DNA of 64,000 bases, taken from Gammaproteobacteria bacterium (GTDB lineage: Bacteria > Pseudomonadota > Gammaproteobacteria > UBA4575). A program made the translations under genes and the position numbers. Location of the stretch: assembly GCA_965221955.1 (NCBI GenBank), contig CBDCTA010000018.1:32001-96000 (forward strand), in the 5' to 3' direction. The notes beneath the pieces were generated by a model. That model searched no databases, had not been told where the DNA came from, and was given only the letters and a program-made list of their open reading frames with translations. Positions 21,164 through 30,639 of the stretch are shown here, piece by piece. How positions within the stretch are numbered: the stretch's first letter is position 1; every line of letters begins with the position of its first letter.

Positions 21164-21198
21164 ATTAAAAAAGCCCGCTTAAAGCGGGCTTTTTTAAT
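21164..21198 (-). terminator. Rho-independent terminator of the PEP-CTERM gene
   Basis: Perfect hairpin attaaaaaagcccgct-taa-agcgggcttttttaat with A/T tracts on both sides. Confidence 0.9.
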
Positions 21199-21223
21199 GC
21201 AAAATAAAATAGTTATTTTACAC

Positions 21224-21793
21224 TTATAAATCTTGCTTCTTGCGCGCAAAACCTAAGCCCAACAAACCTAAACCCATCAGCGCAAAAGTTGTAGGCTCTG
21301 GTACAGTTGTAGTAGGTGTTCCATGACCCCAAAGATCTATCCCAACCCACCAATCACCAAAATCGTAAGCATGCTCAGACCAAGGTGCAGTCCATGTCAT
21401 ATTTAGATAACTTCCACCCCATAAATTTAGGTAGGTATCCGATACGCTATTGTTATACCAACCACCATAGTAACCACTATCGTAAAAGCTAATGGTTCCA
21501 GTGTAGGTGCTGTAATAACGATTGATGCTGAGGTCTAAGCTTCCTGCACCATTTGCAGCAATAGATCCACCCGTAATATTTATTGATCCATGATAGCCAT
21601 TAAGCATGCCTGAAATGTTATATAAGTTAGAACCGTCCCAAGTTCCTGACAGACTTCCAAGAGATCCAAAATTTGAAATCGCCCAACCATGAGCGTAACC
21701 ACCAACATTGTAATTAACTTGTGAGATTGCCCATGAATTTATAGGTGAAAACGCTACTAACAATAACGCGCAAACAAACAGCTTCCTTAGCAT
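21224..21793 (-). CDS. PEP-CTERM (exosortase substrate) surface protein
   Basis: Sec signal peptide (...NSWA), a Thr-rich linker, then VPEPTTFALMGLGLLGLGFARKK. A strong AAGGAG RBS is present. Confidence 0.95.
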   Translation of the reverse strand: MLRKLFVCALLLVAFSPINSWAISQVNYNVGGYAHGWAISNFGSLGSLSGTWDGSNLYNISGMLNGYHGSINITGGSIAANGAGSLDLSINRYYSTYTGTISFYDSGYYGGWYNNSVSDTYLNLWGGSYLNMTWTAPWSEHAYDFGDWWVGIDLWGHGTPTTTVPEPTTFALMGLGLLGLGFARKKQDL

Positions 21794-21847
21794 CTAACTC
21801 TCTCCTTAAGAATAAAATCCTATAACAACTGTAATTATTTTATTTAA

Positions 21848-21908
21848 TTTCAAGCACTTAACAAAGTAATTAAGTCGATTTTTTTGTGACACAGTGAACA
21901 AATTTACA
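21848..21908. promoter_or_regulatory. Candidate IHF site and activator-like boxes upstream of the PEP-CTERM gene
   Basis: TTTCAAGCACTTA (21848-21860) is one mismatch from WATCAANNNNTTR. TGTGA/GTGA...TTTACA elements lie at about 21885-21908. No clear sigma54 -24/-12 element was found. Confidence 0.3.
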
Positions 21909-22005
21909 AAGAAATTCTGAATAATTTGCATCAACTTTTAAAACTATATGTTAGAAGTACTTATGGGTTGTTGTTGCTAAGCTGCAATTTGACTCAGGAA
22001 AAGTA

Positions 22006-22947
22006 TCAGTCAATTACTTCTTCAATTTCATATTCGTCTATTTCGGTTGCATGTGTAAATATAACTAATTCACCAATTAACCCAAGAACAAATATTTGTA
22101 CCCCAAGCACTACTAAGAGCGAACTAAGCAATAACGCTGGCCGATCCGCAAGCGGCATACCCAAAAAAAGTCTTTCGGCAATTACATAAAATAAAAAAAG
22201 TAGGCCAAGTATAAACACAATAGAACCAATTAGCCCAAAAAAACGTAAAGGCTTTTTAGTAAATTTAACCAAAAAGAAAACTGTTAAAATATCGAGTATT
22301 CTTCGCATGTATACACCTGGCTTATAAAGCCTTTGCTGCATATCTGACTCCGATTGAGGTAGCTCTACCTCAGCTACTCGAAATCCTTTTTGACTTGCTA
22401 ACAATGGTAGGAACCTATGTTGGTCACCATAAACATTCACTTCATTAGCAACATTCTTAACAAATGCACGTACACCACACCCTAAATCTGAAAAACCACT
22501 CTTTGTAACTAAACTTTGAATTTTATGAAAAATCTTTGTTTGTAACTGATTAAATTTAGAATCAACACGCGGCCATCTTTTACCAATGACCATGTCATTC
22601 CCTTCTAGTTGTTGCAAGAATTTTACCAAACTATCTGATTTAACCTGCAAGTATGCTGGAAGCGTAAGTAAAATATCTGCACGTGCATGCTCAAACCCAA
22701 CTCGTAAAGCAGCTGCCTCACCGAACCAACTTGAAAAGCTAAATATTCTTATTTCTTCACCCTTACTTTTTAAAACTTTGAGCTTTTCCATAGCTTCTGG
22801 ATGTTGTCCATCAAGCACATATATAAATTCATATGTCTCAGTAGCGGCCTTCAATGCATTTTTGTATTCGTAAAATACAGTCTCAACATCGCCATACCGT
22901 TCCCCAATAACGATAATCACTGAAATATTTAGATTAGTTTGACTCAT
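22006..22947 (-). CDS. GT2 polyprenol-phosphate glycosyltransferase homologue (GtrB/ArnC-like) with degenerate catalytic motifs
   Basis: Colinear with 22981 (FGEAAA, SDLGCGVRAF, YGDQHRFLP, KKPLRFFG, two C-terminal TMs). It has VLDG and LPAYLQ where 22981 has VDDGS and MDGDLQ. Confidence 0.8.
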   Translation of the reverse strand: MSQTNLNISVIIVIGERYGDVETVFYEYKNALKAATETYEFIYVLDGQHPEAMEKLKVLKSKGEEIRIFSFSSWFGEAAALRVGFEHARADILLTLPAYLQVKSDSLVKFLQQLEGNDMVIGKRWPRVDSKFNQLQTKIFHKIQSLVTKSGFSDLGCGVRAFVKNVANEVNVYGDQHRFLPLLASQKGFRVAEVELPQSESDMQQRLYKPGVYMRRILDILTVFFLVKFTKKPLRFFGLIGSIVFILGLLFLFYVIAERLFLGMPLADRPALLLSSLLVVLGVQIFVLGLIGELVIFTHATEIDEYEIEEVID

Positions 22948-22980
22948 GTACTCTTGGGAAATTTATACAAAGCAGATTTA

Positions 22981-23931
22981 TTACACTTCTTCTTTAGCTG
23001 TAAGCAAACGCAATTTATACATATCCATATTGCCTGACTTATAAATTAACTCTGCTAGCACGCCATTAAAAAACAAAAACACTGCTAGTACTAAAAACAA
23101 TACAGAAGTGCTAGGCAATACAAGAGGGCTGATATTATTTCCAATCAATAACATCACTATAAATACCGTGCTAATCAGCAGAAATATCAAAATTGGTATG
23201 ATCGCTGCGTATGAAAACCAAACCAATGGTTTTGCTTTAAACGAGGAAATCATCTTAATAGTCATTAAATCAATAACGACTTTATAGACTCTAGATAAGC
23301 CATATTTTGATTCACCAAATTGACGCGCATGATGCTTCACTCTTACCTGTGCAATTTTTGAACCCGTAATAGATGCCATTGCAGGAATAAAACGATGCAT
23401 TTCTGAATATAACGGTACATTTTTAATGATTTCTGAACGATACGCCTTTAGCGAACAACCATTATCTTTAATTGGTACACCAGTTACTTTACCAATAATC
23501 CAATTTGCAATGACAGAAGGAATTTTCCTTGAGATTAACTTATCTTGTCGCTTATGACGCCAGCCTACAACAATGTCATACCCTTCATAGATCTTTTCTA
23601 CTAAAGTTTTAATATCACTAGGATCATTTTGTAAGTCACCATCCATTGTAATAATAATCTCTCCAACAGCTTGCTTAATTCCAGCCACCATGGCAGGCGT
23701 CTGTCCATAATTTTTTCTAAATTTAACTACCCTTATATTCTGGTTTTTTGTAGCTAGTTTTTTCAATGAATCAAATGTCCTATCAGAGCTACCATCATCT
23801 ACACATATGATTTCATAATTAAAAGACTCTTCACTCATCTCAGTTACGATCTTTTCGATCAAAATTGGGACATTCTCTTCTTCGTTATACAAAGGAACCA
23901 CTATCGAGAGCTGCTGATTTGCTTGATTCAT
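22981..23931 (-). CDS. GT2 polyprenol-phosphate glycosyltransferase (GtrB/ArnC/DPM-like)
   Basis: VVPLYNEE, VDDGSSD, RKNYGQT, MDGDLQND, DNGCSLK, MHRFIP, HARQFGESKY and two C-terminal TMs. Confidence 0.92.
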   Translation of the reverse strand: MNQANQQLSIVVPLYNEEENVPILIEKIVTEMSEESFNYEIICVDDGSSDRTFDSLKKLATKNQNIRVVKFRKNYGQTPAMVAGIKQAVGEIIITMDGDLQNDPSDIKTLVEKIYEGYDIVVGWRHKRQDKLISRKIPSVIANWIIGKVTGVPIKDNGCSLKAYRSEIIKNVPLYSEMHRFIPAMASITGSKIAQVRVKHHARQFGESKYGLSRVYKVVIDLMTIKMISSFKAKPLVWFSYAAIIPILIFLLISTVFIVMLLIGNNISPLVLPSTSVLFLVLAVFLFFNGVLAELIYKSGNMDMYKLRLLTAKEEV

Positions 23932-24152
23932 GAAAGTTGTAAAGTAAATAACCTCAAAAGACCATTCATAGTATATGCATTTAATCCAAATTTAATTTGC
24001 GTGACTTCTAAATTATGAACAAACAAAAAATTTCTTAGATAAATTGATAGAGAGTTGGCTAAAAAACTAATTCAAGCCCGTTTGTCCTAAAATTAATCCG
24101 TTTTATCCATTGCATACAGAAATTTACTGGGTAATGTGTACATTTACGAAAG

Positions 24153-24168
24153 TGTGACGAAGTTCAAA
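24153..24168. promoter_or_regulatory. CRP/FNR-family-like box in a divergent intergenic region
   Basis: TGTGA-CGAAGT-TCAAA, one mismatch from TGTGA-N6-TCACA. Confidence 0.3.
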
Positions 24169-24326
24169 TAAATGCATTTGCTAACAGTAAGTTAGTTTCC
24201 ATATAAATTCAGTACCTTATTCATATATCACTGTAAATTAGAGAGTTTTTCTGAAGCAACCAACCGCTTCAGACGCAAATATTTTATTCATAATTATTTT
24301 ATATATACACATAAAACATAACGGAC

Positions 24327-25556
24327 ATGTTAATCAAAAAAACGTACAAATTTGTAACGATCGCTTTCAGCAAAATTCTAAAATCTTCTTCCAAACTATT
24401 GTCGATAATCCCAATTTCATGCTTACTAATAGCATGCGGGGGAGGTTCTGGAGGAAGCTCTGATGACACCGAAAACACAAACGCTCAGGCACCTGCGTCT
24501 TTAACAATGAATGCCAATCCAAAAGCTGTAAAAACTGGGCAGTTTACAACAATCACATGGGAAGCCTTAAACTCAGACAGCTGTTTCGCAAAGGGTGAAT
24601 GGACTAAAGATACAAGTACCACTGGAGCCGCTACAGTAAAACCTGAGCACAATAAGAACACCTATACGATGATATGCCATAGTAAAGGAAAATCTATCTC
24701 AGAATCTATCTCAATCAGCTTTAATGATAACTCAACTCCACCTGCGGACGATTCAACACCTGAGCCTGACAAAAGAAATACACCAGCCCCCAATAAACCA
24801 AATTCAGCACCTAGCTTATCATTATCAGCTGATGCTAACAGTGTTGAACAAAATACATTTACCACGATACGGTGGAGTTCAAAAAATGCTATTAGCTGTA
24901 AAGCATTTGGGAACTGGACAGAAAAAAGAACACCTTCTGGTTCACAAAAAGTTGGTCCTTTGAAAAAAACTACCTCGTACATGCTAACTTGCTCAGGAGC
25001 CGGAGGCAGTTCAACTAAATCGGTCCGAATCAATGTGCTCGACAAAAAAGAACCTTCCATAATCATCGCTGCTGATCCTGAAACAGTAAACGAAGGTAAG
25101 TACTCAACTATCCGCTGGGAAAGTAAAAATACAGATCTTTGCACCTCAACAGGAGGCTGGACAAATAAAAATAGTATTTCGGGAACTGAAAGTGTCGGCC
25201 CACTCTCTAATGACACAGAATTCAGTATCACATGTGAAGGTAATGGGAAAGCCATAACAAAAACTGTAAAAGTCACTGTGACACCGAAAGATTCATTAGG
25301 GTCAGTTGAGCTTTCATGGACTCCACCTAATACAAATGAAAATGGCACAGCTTTAACTGACTTAGCTGGATATACTATTCATTATGGAATCTCTAAAGAG
25401 GACTTAAATAAAAAAATAAATATCAATATGCCGGGAGTTAGTTCACACGTTATTAATAATTTAACTAAGAACACCTATTACTTTGCAGTTAGCGCATTTG
25501 ATGCATCAGGCAATAACAGTAAAAAGTCCGCAGTAGCACGTAAATCCATAAATTGA
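24327..25556 (+). CDS. Lipoprotein with three Ig-like repeats and a C-terminal FN3-type domain
   Basis: Lipobox LLIA-C then GGGSGGSS. Three ~80-aa repeats (P.l.l.A....V....tTI.W...N...C...G.W...Y/F...C) and a Pro-rich linker precede SVELSWTPP...LAGYTIHYG...NL...TYYFAVSAFDASGN. Confidence 0.85.
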   Translation: MLIKKTYKFVTIAFSKILKSSSKLLSIIPISCLLIACGGGSGGSSDDTENTNAQAPASLTMNANPKAVKTGQFTTITWEALNSDSCFAKGEWTKDTSTTGAATVKPEHNKNTYTMICHSKGKSISESISISFNDNSTPPADDSTPEPDKRNTPAPNKPNSAPSLSLSADANSVEQNTFTTIRWSSKNAISCKAFGNWTEKRTPSGSQKVGPLKKTTSYMLTCSGAGGSSTKSVRINVLDKKEPSIIIAADPETVNEGKYSTIRWESKNTDLCTSTGGWTNKNSISGTESVGPLSNDTEFSITCEGNGKAITKTVKVTVTPKDSLGSVELSWTPPNTNENGTALTDLAGYTIHYGISKEDLNKKININMPGVSSHVINNLTKNTYYFAVSAFDASGNNSKKSAVARKSIN

Positions 25557-25622
25557 ATTGAAACTTATTCATAAATTTAAAATATCTTGAAAAAGATGCA
25601 TGATAAAAAATAGCTAAAAAAT

Positions 25623-27203
25623 ATGATATTTGCTCGACATTACACTTTATTCTTTTTAATCGTATTTTGTTTTTACGCCTCCCCTAGTTTTCTCTTAGCA
25701 GCTGGCAGTATTCCATTGTATGGAATGTATGAAGAGACTATTAACTATAAAACAGTAACGGGTAATAGCCATTCATTTACTGCTCCATTCTATGGAGTTG
25801 AATTAAATGCCACATTCACAAGCCCATCCGGGAAAAGAATTACATGGTTTGGGTTTTATGATGGTGACGGCAAAGGCGGGCAAACTGGAGATATTTGGAA
25901 AATTCGTTTCATGCCAGATGAAGTTGGCAAGTGGACTTATACATGGCAGTTCAGCTCCCAAGGCGTGAGTGGAAGCGGAAATTTCACTGCAACGACTACC
26001 GGCGCAAAACCTGGCCCATTAAAACAAGATAAGAACATTCCACAATGGCTTATTACTGCAGATGAAAAAAAATATGTGTTTTTAAATATGAATCATACGG
26101 GAGATTTTTCTGCACATACTAATCCTAATAGAGCTATCACAGACACAAAAAATAATCGATATGACGCCTTAATGATCCCTGGACCAGCTCATCCTCATTG
26201 GGACGGACAAACAAAAAATAGCTCTAATCCATATCAGTTTATGGATACAAATAGTTTCACACCTCGCTTACAAGGATGGCACTTTGCTGAGAACGGGTTA
26301 TATAAAGAAGCATATGACAACAATATTTATATATACGAATTTCTTGGCTTTTATGCTGGTAATAAATTTTATTTACTACATCAAAAGTCTACTTCGTTTC
26401 AAAACAAAGTTTTAAAATACTGGCTTGCACGCACCGCTGCAAATTACATCTTTCTATATAATATTGGTTTCGAATTAGCTGAGTATGTCAGCGTCCCTTC
26501 TTGGCCAGAAGAACGAGCTAGATACATCAAATCTCTCGATCCTTTTAACCATTTAATAACAGGACATCAGAAAGGAGGCAGATGGAGTTATGGAAGTGGC
26601 TCATCGGCCATGGGGTTTAGCGCACTACAAACTAACGAAGACTTTCACAAAATGGGGCTAAGAGTTTGGAACTCACCCTCAAAATCACACCCACATTGCA
26701 ACGAGTGTATTTGGAGTGGGTTTCCACAGTATCAAGCTCCTGGCACCGAAAGTTCACATCGTAGAGATCTCTGGGACGGAATCACTGCTGGTATGAGCTA
26801 TGCTTTTATTCCTTGGATGGGCGATAAAACGGGCACAAGTTCATTCAAACATGCTAATACCTTTCTAAAAAGTGGAGTTAAATGGTGGAAAATGTCTCCA
26901 CATGATGAAATCGTTATCAGCGACAATGCATATGCATTAGCAAATTTGGGTAAAGAATATATTGTTTACTCAAATTCAGGGAGCAAAATAGAGCTAAAGC
27001 TTCCCAATGGTACCTACATGCAACAATGGTTTAATCCTGCTAGTGGATCTTTCACAGAAAAAAAATCTTTAGTGAGCGCTGATGGAAAAGTAGAATTAAA
27101 TAAACCAAACACCAAAGACTGGGTACTTCATCTAGAATTTAGCAGCTCGAACGACAAGGATACTATTCCACCCTCATCTCCCACCAATCTAAATGTAAAT
27201 TAA
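25623..27203 (+). CDS. Secreted glycoside-hydrolase-like protein (DUF5060 N-domain, catalytic barrel, C-terminal beta-sandwich)
   Basis: Signal peptide, then ATFTSPSG...FGFYDG...WKIRFMPDEVGKWTY, IGFE, IKSLDPFNHLITGH, HCNE and YALA..GKEYIVY...WFNPASG...DWVL. The protein ends in DTIPPSSPTNLNVN. Confidence 0.75.
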   Translation: MIFARHYTLFFLIVFCFYASPSFLLAAGSIPLYGMYEETINYKTVTGNSHSFTAPFYGVELNATFTSPSGKRITWFGFYDGDGKGGQTGDIWKIRFMPDEVGKWTYTWQFSSQGVSGSGNFTATTTGAKPGPLKQDKNIPQWLITADEKKYVFLNMNHTGDFSAHTNPNRAITDTKNNRYDALMIPGPAHPHWDGQTKNSSNPYQFMDTNSFTPRLQGWHFAENGLYKEAYDNNIYIYEFLGFYAGNKFYLLHQKSTSFQNKVLKYWLARTAANYIFLYNIGFELAEYVSVPSWPEERARYIKSLDPFNHLITGHQKGGRWSYGSGSSAMGFSALQTNEDFHKMGLRVWNSPSKSHPHCNECIWSGFPQYQAPGTESSHRRDLWDGITAGMSYAFIPWMGDKTGTSSFKHANTFLKSGVKWWKMSPHDEIVISDNAYALANLGKEYIVYSNSGSKIELKLPNGTYMQQWFNPASGSFTEKKSLVSADGKVELNKPNTKDWVLHLEFSSSNDKDTIPPSSPTNLNVN

Positions 27204-27242
27204 TATTTCCTATACTTTCTTAAATTTTAAAATTAATGTTAA

Positions 27243-27980
27243 TTATATTTTTTGACCAATCACCACAATATGATCATACAAGTTTTTGTGCACTTTAAAA
27301 ACAAACTCTTTTCCAAATATTGCTTTAAGTATACTTATAACAATTCCATTTCTTGCAAATATAAGCACAATGTTTGCCAATACTCGATCAAAGACGTTTA
27401 ACAGCTTATTAGAAGATAAACCGTAATTAGTTAAAAACGGTCTAGACTCAATAATCTTAAATCCTGTTTCAACAAACATCGTTTCTATTCTTCTTAAAGT
27501 AGTTACAAAACTATGTTGATACTCATACAAATAAAACAATTTCCCTAACGTTTCATAGTTAGGAGCAATAACTACAATATGTCCATTTACTTTCAATACT
27601 CTATTTGATTCTTCAAAAAACCTGACTACATCAGTGAACAATTGCAAATGTTCGACCACATCAAACGAGTAGACCATATCCACCACATCATTTTGCAAAT
27701 TAATTTCAGGAATTGCCTCAGAAATTAGCTCTAAATTCCTATCGGCTAACATTTCTCGCAATTTAGAGCTTGGTTCAATTCCAATGTAGTTATATCCTTT
27801 TTTAGTAATTTCTTGAGCAAATTCTCCTCTTCCCGTACCAACTTCCAGTACACTTGCATTCGATGATAGATATTGGCCTAACAAACCGACAATAACTTCT
27901 ATAGCCTTGGATTTTCTCTTCCTACCTAGGCTTGTGGTGCTACTCAATGTATATATATCTTCACCTGAGCTCATTGCCAT
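27243..27980 (-). CDS. Class I SAM-dependent methyltransferase
   Basis: VLEVGTGRG, GIEPS, FDVVEHL, RVLKVNG...APN. Confidence 0.9.
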   Translation of the reverse strand: MAMSSGEDIYTLSSTTSLGRKRKSKAIEVIVGLLGQYLSSNASVLEVGTGRGEFAQEITKKGYNYIGIEPSSKLREMLADRNLELISEAIPEINLQNDVVDMVYSFDVVEHLQLFTDVVRFFEESNRVLKVNGHIVVIAPNYETLGKLFYLYEYQHSFVTTLRRIETMFVETGFKIIESRPFLTNYGLSSNKLLNVFDRVLANIVLIFARNGIVISILKAIFGKEFVFKVHKNLYDHIVVIGQKI

Positions 27981-28075
27981 CCTCTTTAACGAATAACTTA
28001 GAATATTTACCTAAAATATAGTACACAATGTTCGGAATAATTATTTAAATCAGCTTCTCATTCTGCCCAATATCG

Positions 28076-29518
28076 ATGACTAAAAACCATGAAAAATCGC
28101 GAACAGCTCGCATATTCCAAAATTTTGGCTATTTAACCATAGGCAAACTAATAGGTGACGCCTTCACATTTGCGCTATTCGTAATTCTATCACGCACCTA
28201 CGGTCAAGAAGGTATAGGACAATACTCCTTTGCTATGGCACTAACAGGTTTTTTTGCAGTCGTCTCTGACTTTGGTTTATTTCATCTTTCAATTAAAGAA
28301 ATAAGCCGTATGGGAAAAGATATTAATAGCTATGTTGGAAAACTCTTGTGCGTCAGAATCTTGTTAACACTTATTATTTTTAGCGCATTACTCATTGTAG
28401 CCTTTGCACTTAAGTTTTCTCCTGATTTACTGAGTATTATTCTTTTAATTGGAGCATATCAAATAATTTACACACTGGTAGACGGACAAGTTGCAATATT
28501 CATAGCGAAGGAGAATATGCTGACCCCAGCAATACTTGAATCTTCGCTAAAAATACTCATCGCAGTAATTGGCATATCTATTGCTTTATTAGGCGGTACA
28601 CTAGCAACAGTTGTGGGCGTGTTTCCACTTGTCACTTTTATATATATATTTTTAACTTTTTATGTAGTAACAAAGTTTTACAGAATTCCCAAAATGCATT
28701 TTTCTTTTAATGCTGCTTATCTATATTTAAAAGAAGCAGTGCCTTACGCATTCATGCTTTTTTTAAATCAACTCTCAACACGCATTGATGTAGTATTTCT
28801 TGGATTCATATTAGGAGTTGCTGCTGCGGGTATCTATAATACAGCCTATCGCTTAATTTTCATGCTGTTAATAATTTCTAATTTCGCTAGCATGGCATTA
28901 TTTCCTGTAATGTCAAAATTATATGTAAGCTCGAAAAATAAATTACAAGAATTATATGAGCACGCATTAAATACAATTATTATTATCGGTATTCCAGCAA
29001 CTGTTGGATTATGGATGATTGCGCCAGAACTTATTCTTTTAATTTATGGGGATCAATTCACTGATTCTATTTTTATACTGCAACTTCTAGCATGGCTATT
29101 ATTGATTGTGTGTATACATCAATTAATTGGCACTGTATTAACTGCTAGTGATAGACAACATAAAAGAACAAAATGCCAATGGATAGCAGCTATATGCAAC
29201 ATAGTAGGAAACGCTATATTAATACCTACTATTGGTATCAAAGGAGCTGCGATTGCTACATTGCTGTCGGAGTCTATATTAGTACTTTTGCTGGCGTATG
29301 AAGTCAAACAATACCTTACCTGGCCACACATTGGCTCAAGACTTATCATTAGCAGTATAGGTGCAACGGCATTCTGTTTACCCTACTTCTACTTTAAACC
29401 TATTCCAATAATTGTGGCCATACCATCAGCTGCAATAATCTATTTTGTTACTCTTTATTCTTTTAAAGAAATCAGAACAAATGAACTAAATACTATAATT
29501 AATATAATAAAAAATTAA
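28076..29518 (+). CDS. Wzx-type oligosaccharide flippase
   Basis: About 14 TMs with GQYSFA, DFGL, RIDVVFLG, AGIYNTAYR and LIPTIGIKGAAIAT. Confidence 0.93.
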   Translation: MTKNHEKSRTARIFQNFGYLTIGKLIGDAFTFALFVILSRTYGQEGIGQYSFAMALTGFFAVVSDFGLFHLSIKEISRMGKDINSYVGKLLCVRILLTLIIFSALLIVAFALKFSPDLLSIILLIGAYQIIYTLVDGQVAIFIAKENMLTPAILESSLKILIAVIGISIALLGGTLATVVGVFPLVTFIYIFLTFYVVTKFYRIPKMHFSFNAAYLYLKEAVPYAFMLFLNQLSTRIDVVFLGFILGVAAAGIYNTAYRLIFMLLIISNFASMALFPVMSKLYVSSKNKLQELYEHALNTIIIIGIPATVGLWMIAPELILLIYGDQFTDSIFILQLLAWLLLIVCIHQLIGTVLTASDRQHKRTKCQWIAAICNIVGNAILIPTIGIKGAAIATLLSESILVLLLAYEVKQYLTWPHIGSRLIISSIGATAFCLPYFYFKPIPIIVAIPSAAIIYFVTLYSFKEIRTNELNTIINIIKN

Positions 29519-29547
29519 TTAGATTAATAATCTACTAAAAACGAAAT

Positions 29548-30639
29548 ATGTTACATATAAATTATATTCGCAGCTTAGACGAGCTTGAGGCAATGAAATC
29601 GATTTGGAACCAGCTTAAATCTAACAATAAAAACGCTACTATATTTCAATCTTGGGAGTGGAATCATATTTGGTGTAAATATGTACTTCCTACATATAAA
29701 AATGCGAATTTAAAAATTATCGTTTTAGAAAATGAAAACAAAGAAACTCTAGGCATCTTACCTGTTTTTGAAGACAGCCTTGCTGGACCTTTTGTGAAAT
29801 TATTCCAATTTATAGGCCATCATGTATCTTGCCAAAACGACATAATTCTTGCTCAACCAGAAAATAAAGAACTCGTTGAAGAAGTAATAGCTACATTACA
29901 AAATGAACTCGGTCTAAATGCTTTTTTATTCCTTAAACATTTAGATAGTAATTCACTTTTTACCAAAAACTTAGCTGATAAAAGATTAGCAGAAGTTCAA
30001 TACCCACGAATTATAATTAATAATGACCCAGAAATTAAAGACCAACGAACTAGACTCAGAAAATCAACCCGTAAAAATTTTCGTTGGAGAGAAAACAAAT
30101 TAAAACGTGATTATGAAATTAGATACTCAATCAAATCAGGAGAAGAAGCTTTGCCTGCTTTAAGTGGGTTAATCCAGCTGCATCAAAATCGTTTTAAATC
30201 AACGAACCGAGAAACATTTGTTACAGGACCTGTAATTAAATTTTTCGAAAATTGTACATTAAAGATGCATGATAAAATTGAACTTATCGAATTATATGCA
30301 AATGACAAAGTAATCGCATCAGAGTTGGCAATTCATGATAATGGCCAGTATTTTTTTATGGTCGGAGGCTTCGATACAGACTTCCAAGAATTTTCGCCTC
30401 TAAGAATCTTGATGACGGAATGCATGAGGTTAGCTTTTGAGGAATACAATTGTGAGTTTTGCGATCTAGGTCCTGGCTATGAAACTTACAAATATGATTG
30501 GAATCCAGATATTCTCAGCAATTATTTTGCTTCTATTTCAGGACCAGGGCCATATTCTAAAATATTAGCTAATTTATACAAAAGAGCTTTTATAAAAAGA
30601 TTGCCGCCAGACCCTAGACAAAATTTAAATAAAAAATAG
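29548..30639 (+). CDS. Tandem GNAT acyltransferase (CelD/BcsL or FemAB-like)
   Basis: IFQSWEW, RKNFR...KL, LHQNRF, GFD...FSP, CDLGPGYETYKYDW. Confidence 0.85.
   Translation: MLHINYIRSLDELEAMKSIWNQLKSNNKNATIFQSWEWNHIWCKYVLPTYKNANLKIIVLENENKETLGILPVFEDSLAGPFVKLFQFIGHHVSCQNDIILAQPENKELVEEVIATLQNELGLNAFLFLKHLDSNSLFTKNLADKRLAEVQYPRIIINNDPEIKDQRTRLRKSTRKNFRWRENKLKRDYEIRYSIKSGEEALPALSGLIQLHQNRFKSTNRETFVTGPVIKFFENCTLKMHDKIELIELYANDKVIASELAIHDNGQYFFMVGGFDTDFQEFSPLRILMTECMRLAFEEYNCEFCDLGPGYETYKYDWNPDILSNYFASISGPGPYSKILANLYKRAFIKRLPPDPRQNLNKK

Noticed and set aside
24662-25348. 228-aa minus-strand ORF
   Set aside because: It is antisense to the repeat lipoprotein and has no recognisable motifs.
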